Source: a virus
Taxonomy: Duplodnaviria; Caudoviricetes
Length of the DNA stretch: 59,021 nt
Strand: one strand, 5' to 3'
Virus record (IMG/VR): IMGVR_UViG_3300047669_002431
Coordinates: 1-59,021 of that record
Part shown: positions 20,669 through 30,600 of the stretch, in pieces
Position numbering within the stretch: position 1 is the stretch's first letter
Layout of the letters: every line of letters starts with the position of its first letter
The notes under the pieces: generated by a model
The model's input: the letters and a program-made list of their open reading frames with translations, nothing else
Database searches by the model: none
What the model was told of the DNA's origin: nothing
Program-made: the position numbers and the translations under genes

Positions 20669-21964
20669 TTACGGTAAAGATAAAAACGAAACTAAAACGT
20701 ATCGGACTCCACTGCTTATAGGTTTAGCTCCATGTCGATGTGAAACCATACCGGGGTGGAGGGACATTTCTCCAGTTTTTCCTATGATAGTTTTTTGCTG
20801 ACGAAAAAAGAAAGTTCCACCGCCTTCGAAGTCTTCATTCAGCGTAAGAACAGAGCTTAACACACTTTGGTCGTGGTGTAAAGACAAAAAACCCTGTTTG
20901 TCCATCGAATATTTAATTATAAAATTTTCTGAATTTAATTCAAGCCATCTTTTTCCGTCTAACTTATAGTAGTGCGATCCGAGTGGGAAAACGTACTCAG
21001 TTAAAACTCTCTTATAAATTTCATCGAAGCCTAGAGTGGAAAGAAGCATGTCGTGAGTAGGGTAATATTCATGCCTCTTTTCGGTCCATTCGCCGCATTT
21101 TTCAGCTTCTTGAATTAAGTCGTCGCAGAAATCCTTATTAAAGATGGGAAAATGAGCGACATCAGCTACAGGCTCTTCAACTAGCAGGTCGTAGTCTTGG
21201 GCGAGCATGGCGGGGTTAAGATATCGACTCTTCCATTGGTCCCAATCTCTAGTTTGTTTTATAAGAGAGGGGGGAGCTACTACCTTCTCAAGGTTTTCAG
21301 TACTGCTAACTGATGAAGCGCTAGATTGAATTATGTAGTCTTCCTTAAAGGCTACGGCCCTAACATCTTTCCAAATAAAATTTAAATCGTTACGGGGGTG
21401 AGTGCAAAATGTAGCTGATAAAAACTCATCGACAGGCATTATCTTATTTTCAAACCCGTAATCTAGTAGATTTTTAATACCTGTTTTTGATAAGAAATAC
21501 GAATGAGTGCAATAGGTGTAGTCTGGTATAGAAATATTCTCCGAAACCTCCTCTAAGTCGGGCTTTACTTTGTTTCTGCCAGCATAACAAAGATGCCAAT
21601 CTGATTGGTCTGCTTCAATTAGGAGATCAGAGGTAATGGGCTTTAAGGGGTCAAAGTCTTCTTCTAAAATTAATATTTTTTCATATCCTTGGCGAGCTGC
21701 GTGCTTCCAAACGGATAGATGGGAAAGGGCGCAGCCGATTTCTCCGGCTTTAATGTCTCGATTCCACCAGTGATTGTCAGACCCCTCTAGTTTCCAAGGA
21801 AAAGTGCTCCACTCAAAGTCAACCCGAGGGTCAAAACCGTTAACGGCTTTAAATAGAACTAATTGAAGAGATTTAATACCTATTTTTTTTACTCTTTCTA
21901 TAATTTCTTCCCTTTTATTAGAGAGAGTCTGCTCTAGCGCGATAACGTAAATGCAATCAATCAT
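20669..21964 (-). CDS. Fusion of a GT25 (COLGALT-like) glycosyltransferase and a PLOD-type lysyl-hydroxylase 2OG-Fe(II) domain
   Basis: N-terminal GEIGCALSH, ILEEDF, MPVDEFL..F..HP; C-terminal FPIFNKDFCDDLI, PTHD, NFIIKY, LHHDQS, FEGGG, LHPGMVSHRHG, GVRYVLVSF. Confidence 0.85.
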   Translation of the reverse strand: MIDCIYVIALEQTLSNKREEIIERVKKIGIKSLQLVLFKAVNGFDPRVDFEWSTFPWKLEGSDNHWWNRDIKAGEIGCALSHLSVWKHAARQGYEKILILEEDFDPLKPITSDLLIEADQSDWHLCYAGRNKVKPDLEEVSENISIPDYTYCTHSYFLSKTGIKNLLDYGFENKIMPVDEFLSATFCTHPRNDLNFIWKDVRAVAFKEDYIIQSSASSVSSTENLEKVVAPPSLIKQTRDWDQWKSRYLNPAMLAQDYDLLVEEPVADVAHFPIFNKDFCDDLIQEAEKCGEWTEKRHEYYPTHDMLLSTLGFDEIYKRVLTEYVFPLGSHYYKLDGKRWLELNSENFIIKYSMDKQGFLSLHHDQSVLSSVLTLNEDFEGGGTFFFRQQKTIIGKTGEMSLHPGMVSHRHGAKPISSGVRYVLVSFLSLP

Positions 21965-22377
21965 AAAGTTATATTAAATTTTTTTTTAAAAAAATCTTTG
22001 GAAATTTTACAGACTTCGTCTTGCTCTATTTCGATCAACATGAAATCATTTTTTTCGAGCCATTCGCTTTTTTGAATATCTCTTTTTATAGACTTTAAGT
22101 AATTAGTTCTAGAGTTAGAGTGAAAAAATTTATTGAAAGAGGAGTGCTGTCTCCCGTTTACTTCTATAGCTATTTTTTTAGTTGCGTTAAGTATATCCAC
22201 TTTTAATCTAGTCCCGTACACCGGAAACTCTTCGTAAACCCTTTGAGCTTTCCAGAAGGGCTTTAAGAATTGCTTTACAGCGTATTGTATTTTAGATCGC
22301 GAGCTACCATCCCATTTTATAAGATAAGGGCTTATATTTTTTTTCTGTAATTTGCCGTATACGTTATAGAGCCTCAT
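21961..22377 (-). CDS. DUF559/Vsr-like endonuclease
   Basis: EEFPV, LKVD, IAIEVNGRQH, RDIQKSEW motifs. Confidence 0.7.
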   Translation of the reverse strand: MRLYNVYGKLQKKNISPYLIKWDGSSRSKIQYAVKQFLKPFWKAQRVYEEFPVYGTRLKVDILNATKKIAIEVNGRQHSSFNKFFHSNSRTNYLKSIKRDIQKSEWLEKNDFMLIEIEQDEVCKISKDFFKKKFNITL

Positions 22378-23462
22378 GACTTTTTAAGAACCTCCCGAAA
22401 CTTATGAAATATATACTTTCCTATTTTGTCATTTTCTTCAAAGTACTTCCTTAAGTTATCGAATCCTTGATGTTGATTTTTCATCTCTTCTCCAGTTTCT
22501 CTTTTTACTTCTTCAATCAGATCATCGGAAATAGATACCCAAGCGCCACTTTTTTTAGCCATATCCCATTGGAGCATCATGTCTGCGACTTCAGCTTCAA
22601 CCCATATACTTTTCCCCTCTTTTCTTCCGTACCTTATAGGGTACTTAACTAGTAAGCCTGTTTTTTCGTTAGGAGTTTTCTTGAAAACTACCTTACACCA
22701 ATGCCCTACGGGGGTTTTCCCATCCTTATCGAAGATGATGTCGGCTTTATATCTTTCTTGAAATTCTAAAATCCAATCACTGTAATGAAGCAGCGCGTTT
22801 CCGCCTGACGCGTTTGTAACGCGGGCCTCGGTTTTTGCGTAAGGGTTAATGGAAACTTTTGCCCGTACCTGAGAAACTAAATAACATACATGGCCCTTGG
22901 AGGTCATGGACAAGGCCATTTTCCTCAAAAAATCTGAACTTAAGAGCGCACCTCCAGCTACTCTGTTAGCTTCCTCTGGAGATTTTTCTAAATCAGCCTT
23001 CGGAACTAAAGAGTCCATCGAGTCTATGATGAACATGTACCTTCTTTTGGAATCATTATTATGAACGAGCTCTCTTAGTAAATTTATTACCGACTCATAA
23101 ACATTACTTTTGTACACGAACCACTTATCTTTATCCATGCTAAGTCCTGCCCGAAGGATCATGTCGTCAGTGAGGCGACCCTCAGATTTTACGTACACGA
23201 CCATGCTGTTTTTTTCTTTTTGAAAATTTTTGCCAAAAGCTAAGGCACATGACGTTTTGCCTCCTTCTGTAATTCCTGATGCCCTTATAATTCCGGGGCC
23301 TATCCCGCCTCCCATTTCGATGTCGAGCAACAAGCTTCCGCTTGATATTGTGTAATGGCGTTCTTCTTCAAAATTGTAATGATCACCTTTGTTGTCCTGA
23401 AGATAGGCATTTATTTGATCAACAGGGGAAACGTCTTCTATGTTATTTTTCTTTTTTTTCAT
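22374..23462 (-). CDS. recA: RecA/UvsX-like recombinase
   Basis: SSGSLLLD, Walker A GITEGGKT, IIDS, SQVR, SGGNALLHYS. Confidence 0.88.
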   Translation of the reverse strand: MKKKKNNIEDVSPVDQINAYLQDNKGDHYNFEEERHYTISSGSLLLDIEMGGGIGPGIIRASGITEGGKTSCALAFGKNFQKEKNSMVVYVKSEGRLTDDMILRAGLSMDKDKWFVYKSNVYESVINLLRELVHNNDSKRRYMFIIDSMDSLVPKADLEKSPEEANRVAGGALLSSDFLRKMALSMTSKGHVCYLVSQVRAKVSINPYAKTEARVTNASGGNALLHYSDWILEFQERYKADIIFDKDGKTPVGHWCKVVFKKTPNEKTGLLVKYPIRYGRKEGKSIWVEAEVADMMLQWDMAKKSGAWVSISDDLIEEVKRETGEEMKNQHQGFDNLRKYFEENDKIGKYIFHKFREVLKKS

Positions 23463-23889
23463 CTTTAAAAAAGTTATTTAGTTTACTGGTATTGGGGGCT
23501 TTGTAGTTGGAAATTTTCGTGCCATTAGGGATATCGTAAGTATATTCTTGATCGGGGCAAAAATCAATTTTCTTAAGTACGATAAATTTATAATACCCAT
23601 TTTTAATATCTCTTTTAGCAGAGGACTTGCGAAAATAAGCTAAACTGGGGATGGGAAACGGCAGTGTAAACTGAAGCCAAAAATCGAACTTGAAGTCTTT
23701 ATAGTCTTCTGTTAAGATTTTTTTAGCAATCCCTTTCTCCCTAATCCACTCCTTTTGAGTTAAGTCCTTGGCTTTAGGTAGGAAATTCCATACGAGGAAC
23801 TCGCCTTGGTTGCGAATATTTGGTTGGCCGCCTTTATTGTTGTATATTAACTTGTTTAAGGTAAACTTAGGCTTCTTTTTGGGCTTCAT
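23443..23889 (-). CDS. Hypothetical basic protein
   Basis: 148-aa ORF overlapping both neighbours in an operon-like arrangement. Confidence 0.6.
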   Translation of the reverse strand: MKPKKKPKFTLNKLIYNNKGGQPNIRNQGEFLVWNFLPKAKDLTQKEWIREKGIAKKILTEDYKDFKFDFWLQFTLPFPIPSLAYFRKSSAKRDIKNGYYKFIVLKKIDFCPDQEYTYDIPNGTKISNYKAPNTSKLNNFFKDEKKEK

Positions 23890-24949
23890 TGAGGTCCCAT
23901 GTTACCATACTTTCTACTAGTTTGTCAAAGGAAATCTTCGGCTTCCAGCCAAGCTCTTCTCTGATTTTGCTAGAGTCGCCCAGTAAGAGGTTTACGTCGG
24001 CTGGTCGGTAAAATTTAGGGTTAATTTTAACTAATGTTATTTTTTTGTGTTTACGGTGAAGGGTGTATTTTTCCTCTTTTCCACTCCCTTCCCACTCACC
24101 TTTTAAGCCTACGACTCCGAAAGCTCGCTCGACAAACTCTCTTATCGAGTGACTTTCTCCGCTAGCGAGTAAATACTCTTTCGGTTTATCTTGGTTTAAC
24201 ATTAACCAAATTCCATCCATAAAGTCTCGGCTGTCGCTCCAATCCCTTTTAGAGTCTAAGTATCCGAGCTCAATGGGGGCGACTAAGGTCGAGCTCTCTT
24301 CGGGGAACTGCGGTGACTCTGCTTTTTCTAATTCACTATAAATTCGAGCCACTCCTTTCGATATTTTACGAGTCACGAACTCCTCTCCTCTTTTAGTTCC
24401 TTCGTGATTAAAAAGAAGCCCGTGGATAGCGAAAAGATTATATGACTCTCGGTAAACTTTAACTATATGACGAGCCGCGCATTTAGAAGCCCCGTAAGGA
24501 CTCCTAGGCTTCAGCGGGTGATCAAGCGTTTGTGGGGAAAAGTCTACGTCACCGAACTCTTCGCTACTGCCCGCGCTGTAGAACCTACAGTCAGGTTTAA
24601 ATTTTCTAATTGACTCTAAGCACCTTATTACGCCTACCGCGTTTACGTCAAACACTTGCATCGGCATATCCCATGAACACCCGACAAAGCTATTCGCTGC
24701 GAAATTTATAAAATAATCTGGCTGTATTCTTTTTACTATTTCATTTATGCTTACTTCATCAGTGAGGTCGCCGTTTACTATAGAGAAGCGGGGGTGACTT
24801 TTAATATTTTTAATATTTTTAAAATTTGGGACGGAAGAGCGGCGCATCATCCCGTACACATGAAGCTCTTCGGGCTTCGCTAGTAAGACTTCGGCCATAT
24901 TAGCTCCGTCTTGCCCAAGGACGCCTGTAATTAAAATTTTCTTTTTCAT
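23867..24949 (-). CDS. gmd: GDP-mannose 4,6-dehydratase
   Basis: ITGVLGQDG, SSEEFG, PRSPYGASK, LFNHEG, FVTRKI, KRDW, YRPADV. Confidence 0.95.
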   Translation of the reverse strand: MKKKILITGVLGQDGANMAEVLLAKPEELHVYGMMRRSSVPNFKNIKNIKSHPRFSIVNGDLTDEVSINEIVKRIQPDYFINFAANSFVGCSWDMPMQVFDVNAVGVIRCLESIRKFKPDCRFYSAGSSEEFGDVDFSPQTLDHPLKPRSPYGASKCAARHIVKVYRESYNLFAIHGLLFNHEGTKRGEEFVTRKISKGVARIYSELEKAESPQFPEESSTLVAPIELGYLDSKRDWSDSRDFMDGIWLMLNQDKPKEYLLASGESHSIREFVERAFGVVGLKGEWEGSGKEEKYTLHRKHKKITLVKINPKFYRPADVNLLLGDSSKIREELGWKPKISFDKLVESMVTWDLNEAQKEA

Positions 24950-25851
24950 TTCTTAGAGTCGATGTAGCTCATTATGTCACCGGAAGGGCTCCATTCTAAT
25001 TTTTTTCTTATTTTAGTAATGTTGGCAAGGGTGTGTAGAGCCTCGCCTTCTCGTTGTTCTACAAATTTATAAGGACCTCCAACGCGTTCAGCTAAGTCTA
25101 AAACGGAGTAGCTTTTTCCGCTTCCAACGTTAAATACTTGGCCGAAGGAGTCTTCTTTACGGTGTTTTACGGCTAGTACATTAGCTCTTACAACGTCCTT
25201 GACGTGAGTAAAGTCTCTTGTCTGGGAGCCGTCTCCAACTATAGTCATTTGTTTTCCGGCCTTAAATTGCTTTAAGAAAAGACCAACAACAGGAGCGTAT
25301 ACGCCTTTTGTGGGCTCTCGTGGGCCGTACACATTAAAATATCGAAAAATTATAGTAGGAAGATTATGGAGTTCAAAATACATTTTGCATAACTGTTCAG
25401 CTCCATATTTGGTAGTAGAATAGATATTTAGACAATCAGCATTCATTTCTTCATTCAACGGGGTTTGGTTTTTGAGACCGTATACAGAAGAGGTGGAAGA
25501 TAAGACGAACCTTTTAACCTCATGCTCAACGCATAACTGGAGCAATGAGGCGGTAGCCGTAAAGTTAATGTCGCACGTAGATAAGGGGTTATCCATAGCC
25601 ACTTGAATCCGGGAGAAGGCGGCTAAATGAAAAACGTAATCGGGTTTAATTTTTTTAAAAACTTTTTCAACTCCCACCCTGTGCGAAATACTTAATTTAT
25701 AATACGATGCAGAGTTGTTGAAGTAAAATTCGTCATTAGATGCGGCGGATAGGTCATCTATAACATGAACATCATTACCCAGCTCAATAAGGTGGTCTAC
25801 TAAATTACTGCCTATAAACCCGCACCCTCCAGTTACTAAACATTTACTCAT
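24946..25851 (-). CDS. NAD-dependent nucleotide-sugar epimerase/dehydratase (UDP-Glc/GlcNAc 4-epimerase-like)
   Basis: TGGCGFIGS, HLAA, SSTSSVYG, YSTTK, RYFNVYGP, GDGSQTRDF. Confidence 0.9.
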   Translation of the reverse strand: MSKCLVTGGCGFIGSNLVDHLIELGNDVHVIDDLSAASNDEFYFNNSASYYKLSISHRVGVEKVFKKIKPDYVFHLAAFSRIQVAMDNPLSTCDINFTATASLLQLCVEHEVKRFVLSSTSSVYGLKNQTPLNEEMNADCLNIYSTTKYGAEQLCKMYFELHNLPTIIFRYFNVYGPREPTKGVYAPVVGLFLKQFKAGKQMTIVGDGSQTRDFTHVKDVVRANVLAVKHRKEDSFGQVFNVGSGKSYSVLDLAERVGGPYKFVEQREGEALHTLANITKIRKKLEWSPSGDIMSYIDSKK

Positions 25852-25852
25852 T

Positions 25853-26614
25853 TTAGCTTAATATATTTTTACATTTTTCTATAAATAAGTCAATAGAAGA
25901 AGAGCTTCTAGCTTGAAAGTTATGGTATACTAAATCTTCGTAAGTGCTTCCGATTCCAAATTCAACGCCCTCCTTTAAGTGCCATTTAGGTTCAATGCAA
26001 TGAGAAAATTTGATATATTTAACATCAAAGCCCTTTTCTCTCGCTATATAAGAAAGCTCTTCGCCGCAATCACTTCTGTAAGTCTCTAAATAAGATGGCT
26101 CCCCTAGATTCTTATAATTTTTTTTAGATATCACAAAGAAGGCTGGACCAGCGTAGGTCTCTTCGTGACCTGTTAAATTCTCTTCGTTACCTTTAGGGCT
26201 AATATGTCCGGAGATTTGGTCGCCGTTACGCGTTGCGTGCGTTAAGGCGATCAACTTGTCTGTTTCATGTAGGTGATTATTACTCGTTTGCTCAATGCCA
26301 ATTATAGCGTTTTTGCCATGCACTCTACTTATTAAAGTCTCTAGAATGTTGGGAGCTAAGGGTATGGCGTCCACGTCCACGAAGCAAAGATAGTCTACTT
26401 CTTCTGTTCGGGAGAGCTGGTTTAAGGTCTCTCCGTGGCGCTGATTAGCATGAATGTAGTTTACTGAGGTTCTAAAATGTTCAAAAACTTTTTTATGATA
26501 TTCCATGTATAGAGGATCGCAAAAAAAAGCAGGGCAATAGACCCCTACCTTCAGGCTCTCTCCGTCTACTTTTACATCGTTGTACGAGAAGCTCATCGTA
26601 TGATATTGGGGCAC
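25853..26614 (-). CDS. GT-A-like glycosyltransferase (putative)
   Basis: FVDVDAIP DxD motif; located in the sugar cluster. Confidence 0.55.
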   Translation of the reverse strand: MPQYHTMSFSYNDVKVDGESLKVGVYCPAFFCDPLYMEYHKKVFEHFRTSVNYIHANQRHGETLNQLSRTEEVDYLCFVDVDAIPLAPNILETLISRVHGKNAIIGIEQTSNNHLHETDKLIALTHATRNGDQISGHISPKGNEENLTGHEETYAGPAFFVISKKNYKNLGEPSYLETYRSDCGEELSYIAREKGFDVKYIKFSHCIEPKWHLKEGVEFGIGSTYEDLVYHNFQARSSSSIDLFIEKCKNILS

Positions 26615-27264
26615 AAGTATTTATTATTAATTTTTTTAAATAAAAAGTCTACAGATATTGTGTAGTTAGATGCTCTGTTTTGATCTATAATATCGTAGGG
26701 CTCAAAGCCTTTAGAACTCATAAAGGAAATTACCTCAGAGCAGAGAGGGGCTTTATCGTTCCATTGCTGAAACTGTACTTCCAGAAGGCAGAAGCTAACA
26801 TCTTGCAGCGTTTTAGACGCTCCCTCTAGCACCATGACCTCTGAGCCCTGTACGTCCAACTTAATGAAGTCAACGTGGGAGATTCCCTTTTCAGAAATTA
26901 GGGAGTCTAAGGTTTTAGACTTTATTATCTTGACCTCATTTCTTTCACTTGCATAGTGATGGGTCTTCTCTCTAAGCAGGGAGTTACCGCTTTCTGTGTC
27001 TAAAGGGTCGGCATCCTTAATCATGTAGAAGGGCAACTCTTCTTCACGGTTGGAGAGCAGGTTTATGGAATAATCAACGTTGCCGTGCTTCTCACAAATA
27101 CTTTTTAAAATCGAGTCGTGTTTAGCGTTCGCTTCTACCATGAGGAAGTGAGAGTCGGGAAAAAAATGAGCTACTTGGTCCGTCCATCCTCCGACGTTTG
27201 CACCAACATCAATTATATAGCGTGGTTTGAATCCGAATTCCGACAATGATTTAATTCTTTGCAT
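26593..27264 (-). CDS. FkbM-family methyltransferase
   Basis: IDVGANVG, MVEAN, TLDSL, IKLDVQGSE. Confidence 0.9.
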   Translation of the reverse strand: MQRIKSLSEFGFKPRYIIDVGANVGGWTDQVAHFFPDSHFLMVEANAKHDSILKSICEKHGNVDYSINLLSNREEELPFYMIKDADPLDTESGNSLLREKTHHYASERNEVKIIKSKTLDSLISEKGISHVDFIKLDVQGSEVMVLEGASKTLQDVSFCLLEVQFQQWNDKAPLCSEVISFMSSKGFEPYDIIDQNRASNYTISVDFLFKKINNKYLCPNIIR

Positions 27265-27267
27265 GGC

Positions 27268-28212
27268 CTAGTCTAGGAATACTTGTTTAAATTTTTTCAT
27301 CACCTTTGAAGGGGAAAAGTCTTTATAGCAGTTCCAGTTCTCGGTAGGCCTTCTCTCGAAGCCTAATAGCAAGCCGAGTAACTCTTCCGCGTTTGAGTAG
27401 AGGAGTCCTCTTTCACCTAATATTTCTATATGGTTTCTTTCATTAGAACCTGACCAAGTAATTACGGGCTTGTTTCGTATAGAGAATTCCCCGCAAGCTA
27501 AACCAAAGCTTTCCCCCTCAAAGCGAGCGTGAATCATGGCGTCGCAAGAATTTATAAATTTTGTTTTATAAATCATATCCGCAGTACTTTCTATGAAAAT
27601 TACTCTTTCGTGGTCTATAAAAGGCTCTGTGTTTTGAAAGATAAAATAATAATTTGATTTTTCGTTTAGAGCTTTAGTGATTACGCTCGTAGTGAAAGGT
27701 AGACTCCATGTGTCTCTCCCTCCGGTTCGCCCAAAAACTAAAGCAGAATCAGGAATTTTTAGCTGAGCTCTTAGGTCGCCGTTTTCGTCAGGCAAGTCTA
27801 CGATATGAGGGACGTAGGGGTGGGCTCCGCCAGAACACGATTGACTTAGCCATTCAGAGACGTATGCGTATACGTCTCCATGCGGGTCATTTTCCATGCC
27901 GGTGCAATGAATGAGATTTTTGCAAACGGAAGATTTACGTTCGTCGTTTCTGCCAGCTTTAAGGATGTAAACCGCGTCTGCGCCTAATTTTTTTAATTTA
28001 GAATCAAGGGAATGGCTGTGGTCCAGAGCGTTGATGGAGGAAAAGGAATTAGTAAATTTATGAATGACGCTTGCGTCATTTCTATGGTCTCCCTCATTGT
28101 ACACGATAAGGGATTCGTTATTTAGAATAGATTGATTATAATAGGCGTAATCGTAAATGGCCACAGTCGTCCCTCGTAAGCATAAGTGGGGAGAGTAAAA
28201 GGCTATCTTCAT
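27268..28212 (-). CDS. GT-B glycosyltransferase (GT4-like)
   Basis: Likely start MKIAF at 28212; LRGTTVAIYDYA, CDAMIHAR..GESFGLACGEF. Confidence 0.75.
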   Translation of the reverse strand: MKIAFYSPHLCLRGTTVAIYDYAYYNQSILNNESLIVYNEGDHRNDASVIHKFTNSFSSINALDHSHSLDSKLKKLGADAVYILKAGRNDERKSSVCKNLIHCTGMENDPHGDVYAYVSEWLSQSCSGGAHPYVPHIVDLPDENGDLRAQLKIPDSALVFGRTGGRDTWSLPFTTSVITKALNEKSNYYFIFQNTEPFIDHERVIFIESTADMIYKTKFINSCDAMIHARFEGESFGLACGEFSIRNKPVITWSGSNERNHIEILGERGLLYSNAEELLGLLLGFERRPTENWNCYKDFSPSKVMKKFKQVFLD

Positions 28213-28213
28213 T

Positions 28214-28894
28214 TTATTGAATTGCCGATTTATAAATTCCCGTCTGCGAGCCTTGCATGAAAACGGGAGGCTCCCACCAGTAGACATTTAAGTCGTGGTG
28301 GTATAATTGGTAGTTATACTCCCAATCTGCCGGAAGATGCCACGACTTGAACGTCTTGAGCACTTTCCTTGCTGCTTCCAGCTTTATGATCATTGAGTCT
28401 GTGCATTTAGTGGCCGGATGGCTTTGGAGATAGGCTATCTTATCTTTCTCTAGAAGCGCCTTGGGCACTCGAAGCTGGCAGCCACTGCCCGGAAAAATGT
28501 AACCCCAATCATCAGGGGTAGATTTCAAATTATTATTAAACGTTTCGCAAAAATTCTCAGAGAAAAGGACGTCGTCCTCTAACAATAGGGTGATTGGAAT
28601 TTTTTCTCTAACTATTTTTTTAAGAGCTAAATAATGCTTAAAAAGTAGAGAAATCTCGCTGTCTTTTAGTTCTCTTGGAGGCGTGTCGTGCGGTGAGCTT
28701 GGGCGTTCGAAGGCTGTTTTAGTTTTCCATTCTTGCTCGGAGTATTTATAGAATTTTTTTACATCTTTTTTAGTTGGCTCCCTATCTATCCAACTAGCCT
28801 TAAGCTCGTACTTCTTAAGAAACGCGCTAAGTAAAGTCTTTCTATTCACTAAAGGTTTGTAGTGAAGTGCAATTATTTTATCGACATTAATCAT
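28214..28894 (-). CDS. GT25-family glycosyltransferase
   Basis: SEISLLFKH, LLLEDD, CTDS, PADW, QGS motifs. Confidence 0.75.
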   Translation of the reverse strand: MINVDKIIALHYKPLVNRKTLLSAFLKKYELKASWIDREPTKKDVKKFYKYSEQEWKTKTAFERPSSPHDTPPRELKDSEISLLFKHYLALKKIVREKIPITLLLEDDVLFSENFCETFNNNLKSTPDDWGYIFPGSGCQLRVPKALLEKDKIAYLQSHPATKCTDSMIIKLEAARKVLKTFKSWHLPADWEYNYQLYHHDLNVYWWEPPVFMQGSQTGIYKSAIQ

Positions 28895-29706
28895 TAAAAT
28901 TCTCCTATGTTTAAATTGAGGATGTAGTTATCAAAAAGCAACAAATCGCTATCAAAATTTCCCCATATTTTTTGATATAATTCTGGGCAAAGCTTGACAC
29001 TTTTAAGCTCTGCCCATTCATCAACGATTAGGAAAGGGATGCCCTTATCTTTAAAGTAGGTAGTATTTATTCCCTTTGAGACTACGGGAATTGAGTCTAA
29101 ATATAAAGCTTCCCAGTTCTTATGGCAGTCAATACCGTTGCCGTCAGGAGAAATTACAAAATAGGAACGAGCGACTTCCCTGAGATAAGACTCAAAGTCT
29201 AATTTTGGCTCCAGCTTTAAATCAGACTCTCGTAAGCATTTCTGACGTTCTGGTAAATTAGTGAAGACGTCAAAATTAACATAAAATAACTTATCTTTTT
29301 TAATTTCTCCGTTTACGAGCTCATTACGAATTTTTTCAAAGACTTCAGGGTTTCCGTGAGGCCACTTGGGGTTCGCAAGCCCAATGGGTATTGGGGTAAC
29401 TTTATCATGGCTTATATTAACGTTTTGGCCTCTCCAGCTTAAGACGCGAGGGTCATCCAAGAACTTAGAAAACCTGCCGTCTATAGGTATATCAGAGTTA
29501 TGAGTATAAATGTGAAAAGGATTTTCTAAGTTTATATAATGAAAGAAGTTGCCTAAGTATTCAGTCTTTATGAAAACGCAATTATTTTCATGCGAGTCTG
29601 GCCTAATGGAAAAATTAAAATCATGTTCTCGGGCATCTAAATATTTACCTACAGAATATTTACATCCAGACTTAAAGGCGTTGCCACATAAGAATTTATA
29701 TTTCAT
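28894..29706 (-). CDS. Exostosin/GT47-like glycosyltransferase
   Basis: PIPIG, FVISPDGNGIDCHKNWEALYLDSIPVV. Confidence 0.7.
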   Translation of the reverse strand: MKYKFLCGNAFKSGCKYSVGKYLDAREHDFNFSIRPDSHENNCVFIKTEYLGNFFHYINLENPFHIYTHNSDIPIDGRFSKFLDDPRVLSWRGQNVNISHDKVTPIPIGLANPKWPHGNPEVFEKIRNELVNGEIKKDKLFYVNFDVFTNLPERQKCLRESDLKLEPKLDFESYLREVARSYFVISPDGNGIDCHKNWEALYLDSIPVVSKGINTTYFKDKGIPFLIVDEWAELKSVKLCPELYQKIWGNFDSDLLLFDNYILNLNIGEF

Positions 29707-30551
29707 TAGCTATTCTGGGAGGCTACATCTTTGATGAGTTCATACGCTTTTTCTCTTTTTCCCTTCAGGAAATTAATTAATTCTATCCCTTGCTTTTCAA
29801 ACCAAGGCTCATGAGCCGCTCCCACGAGCTTAGTTATCATGACTTTTATGTTCATCATTTTACATTCTAAGGTAACTCTAGAGCATGTTTCAGGAGTTAA
29901 GGGATGGAAAGCTAAGGCTTGATTTTCAGAAAGCTTCCATAAAAATCGATGATAATCTTCGTCATAGACTAAATCATAATCATAATTTTCTTGTATACAA
30001 AAATTTATCGCCTCCGGAACTCCCTTTTGGGGCCATCGGGACTTAACGACGGAAGCTATTGGTTTTTTTTCTTTAGATGATAAACTCTCAAGGAGAGAGA
30101 ACGCTTCGTCCGACCATAAATTACCTGAAAAGTTAATCGTATTAATGTCTTTAACGTTGTCTTGATGGATTCTCTCTTGAAGTTTAGTTTGACAAATTAC
30201 AGCCTTAGCTTGTTGGTAGAATTTTACATTAATTAATTCATCATCTGGAATTTTGAAATTTTCATATCCTGCAGGATTCATGTGGTGCACGAACTTATAA
30301 TCATGGGCATAGATTAAATAGTCCAAAGACTCTAGAAAGTCCTTAGACTCCGTGGGTAGTTGAAAGAAATTAGAAACAATAAAGAATGACTCTTTATTTT
30401 CTTTCAAGAAGTCAACGGAAGCCTCTTCGCTTCTAATTCTGCGTATTTCCTCTCCTTTTTCAAGAAAGATTTTAAATATCTCGTCATCATTAAGCGCTGC
30501 TCCGCCTACGAAATCCTCAAGGAAAAAGTCGCTGATGATAATGTATTTCAC
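29706..30551 (-). CDS. Glycosyltransferase-like protein (GT-B)
   Basis: VGGAALND, QKG, PETCSRVTLECKMM; GTG start behind a promoter. Confidence 0.6.
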   Translation of the reverse strand: MKYIIISDFFLEDFVGGAALNDDEIFKIFLEKGEEIRRIRSEEASVDFLKENKESFFIVSNFFQLPTESKDFLESLDYLIYAHDYKFVHHMNPAGYENFKIPDDELINVKFYQQAKAVICQTKLQERIHQDNVKDINTINFSGNLWSDEAFSLLESLSSKEKKPIASVVKSRWPQKGVPEAINFCIQENYDYDLVYDEDYHRFLWKLSENQALAFHPLTPETCSRVTLECKMMNIKVMITKLVGAAHEPWFEKQGIELINFLKGKREKAYELIKDVASQNS

Positions 30552-30586
30552 CCGCTTATTATGCGGTAATTATATTTCCTTGGAAA
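30552..30586 (-). promoter_or_regulatory. sigma70-type promoter, leaderless
   Basis: TTTCCA-17-CATAAT-6 nt-GTG(30551). Confidence 0.6.
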
Positions 30587-30600
30587 GCTATTTCTGAAGA

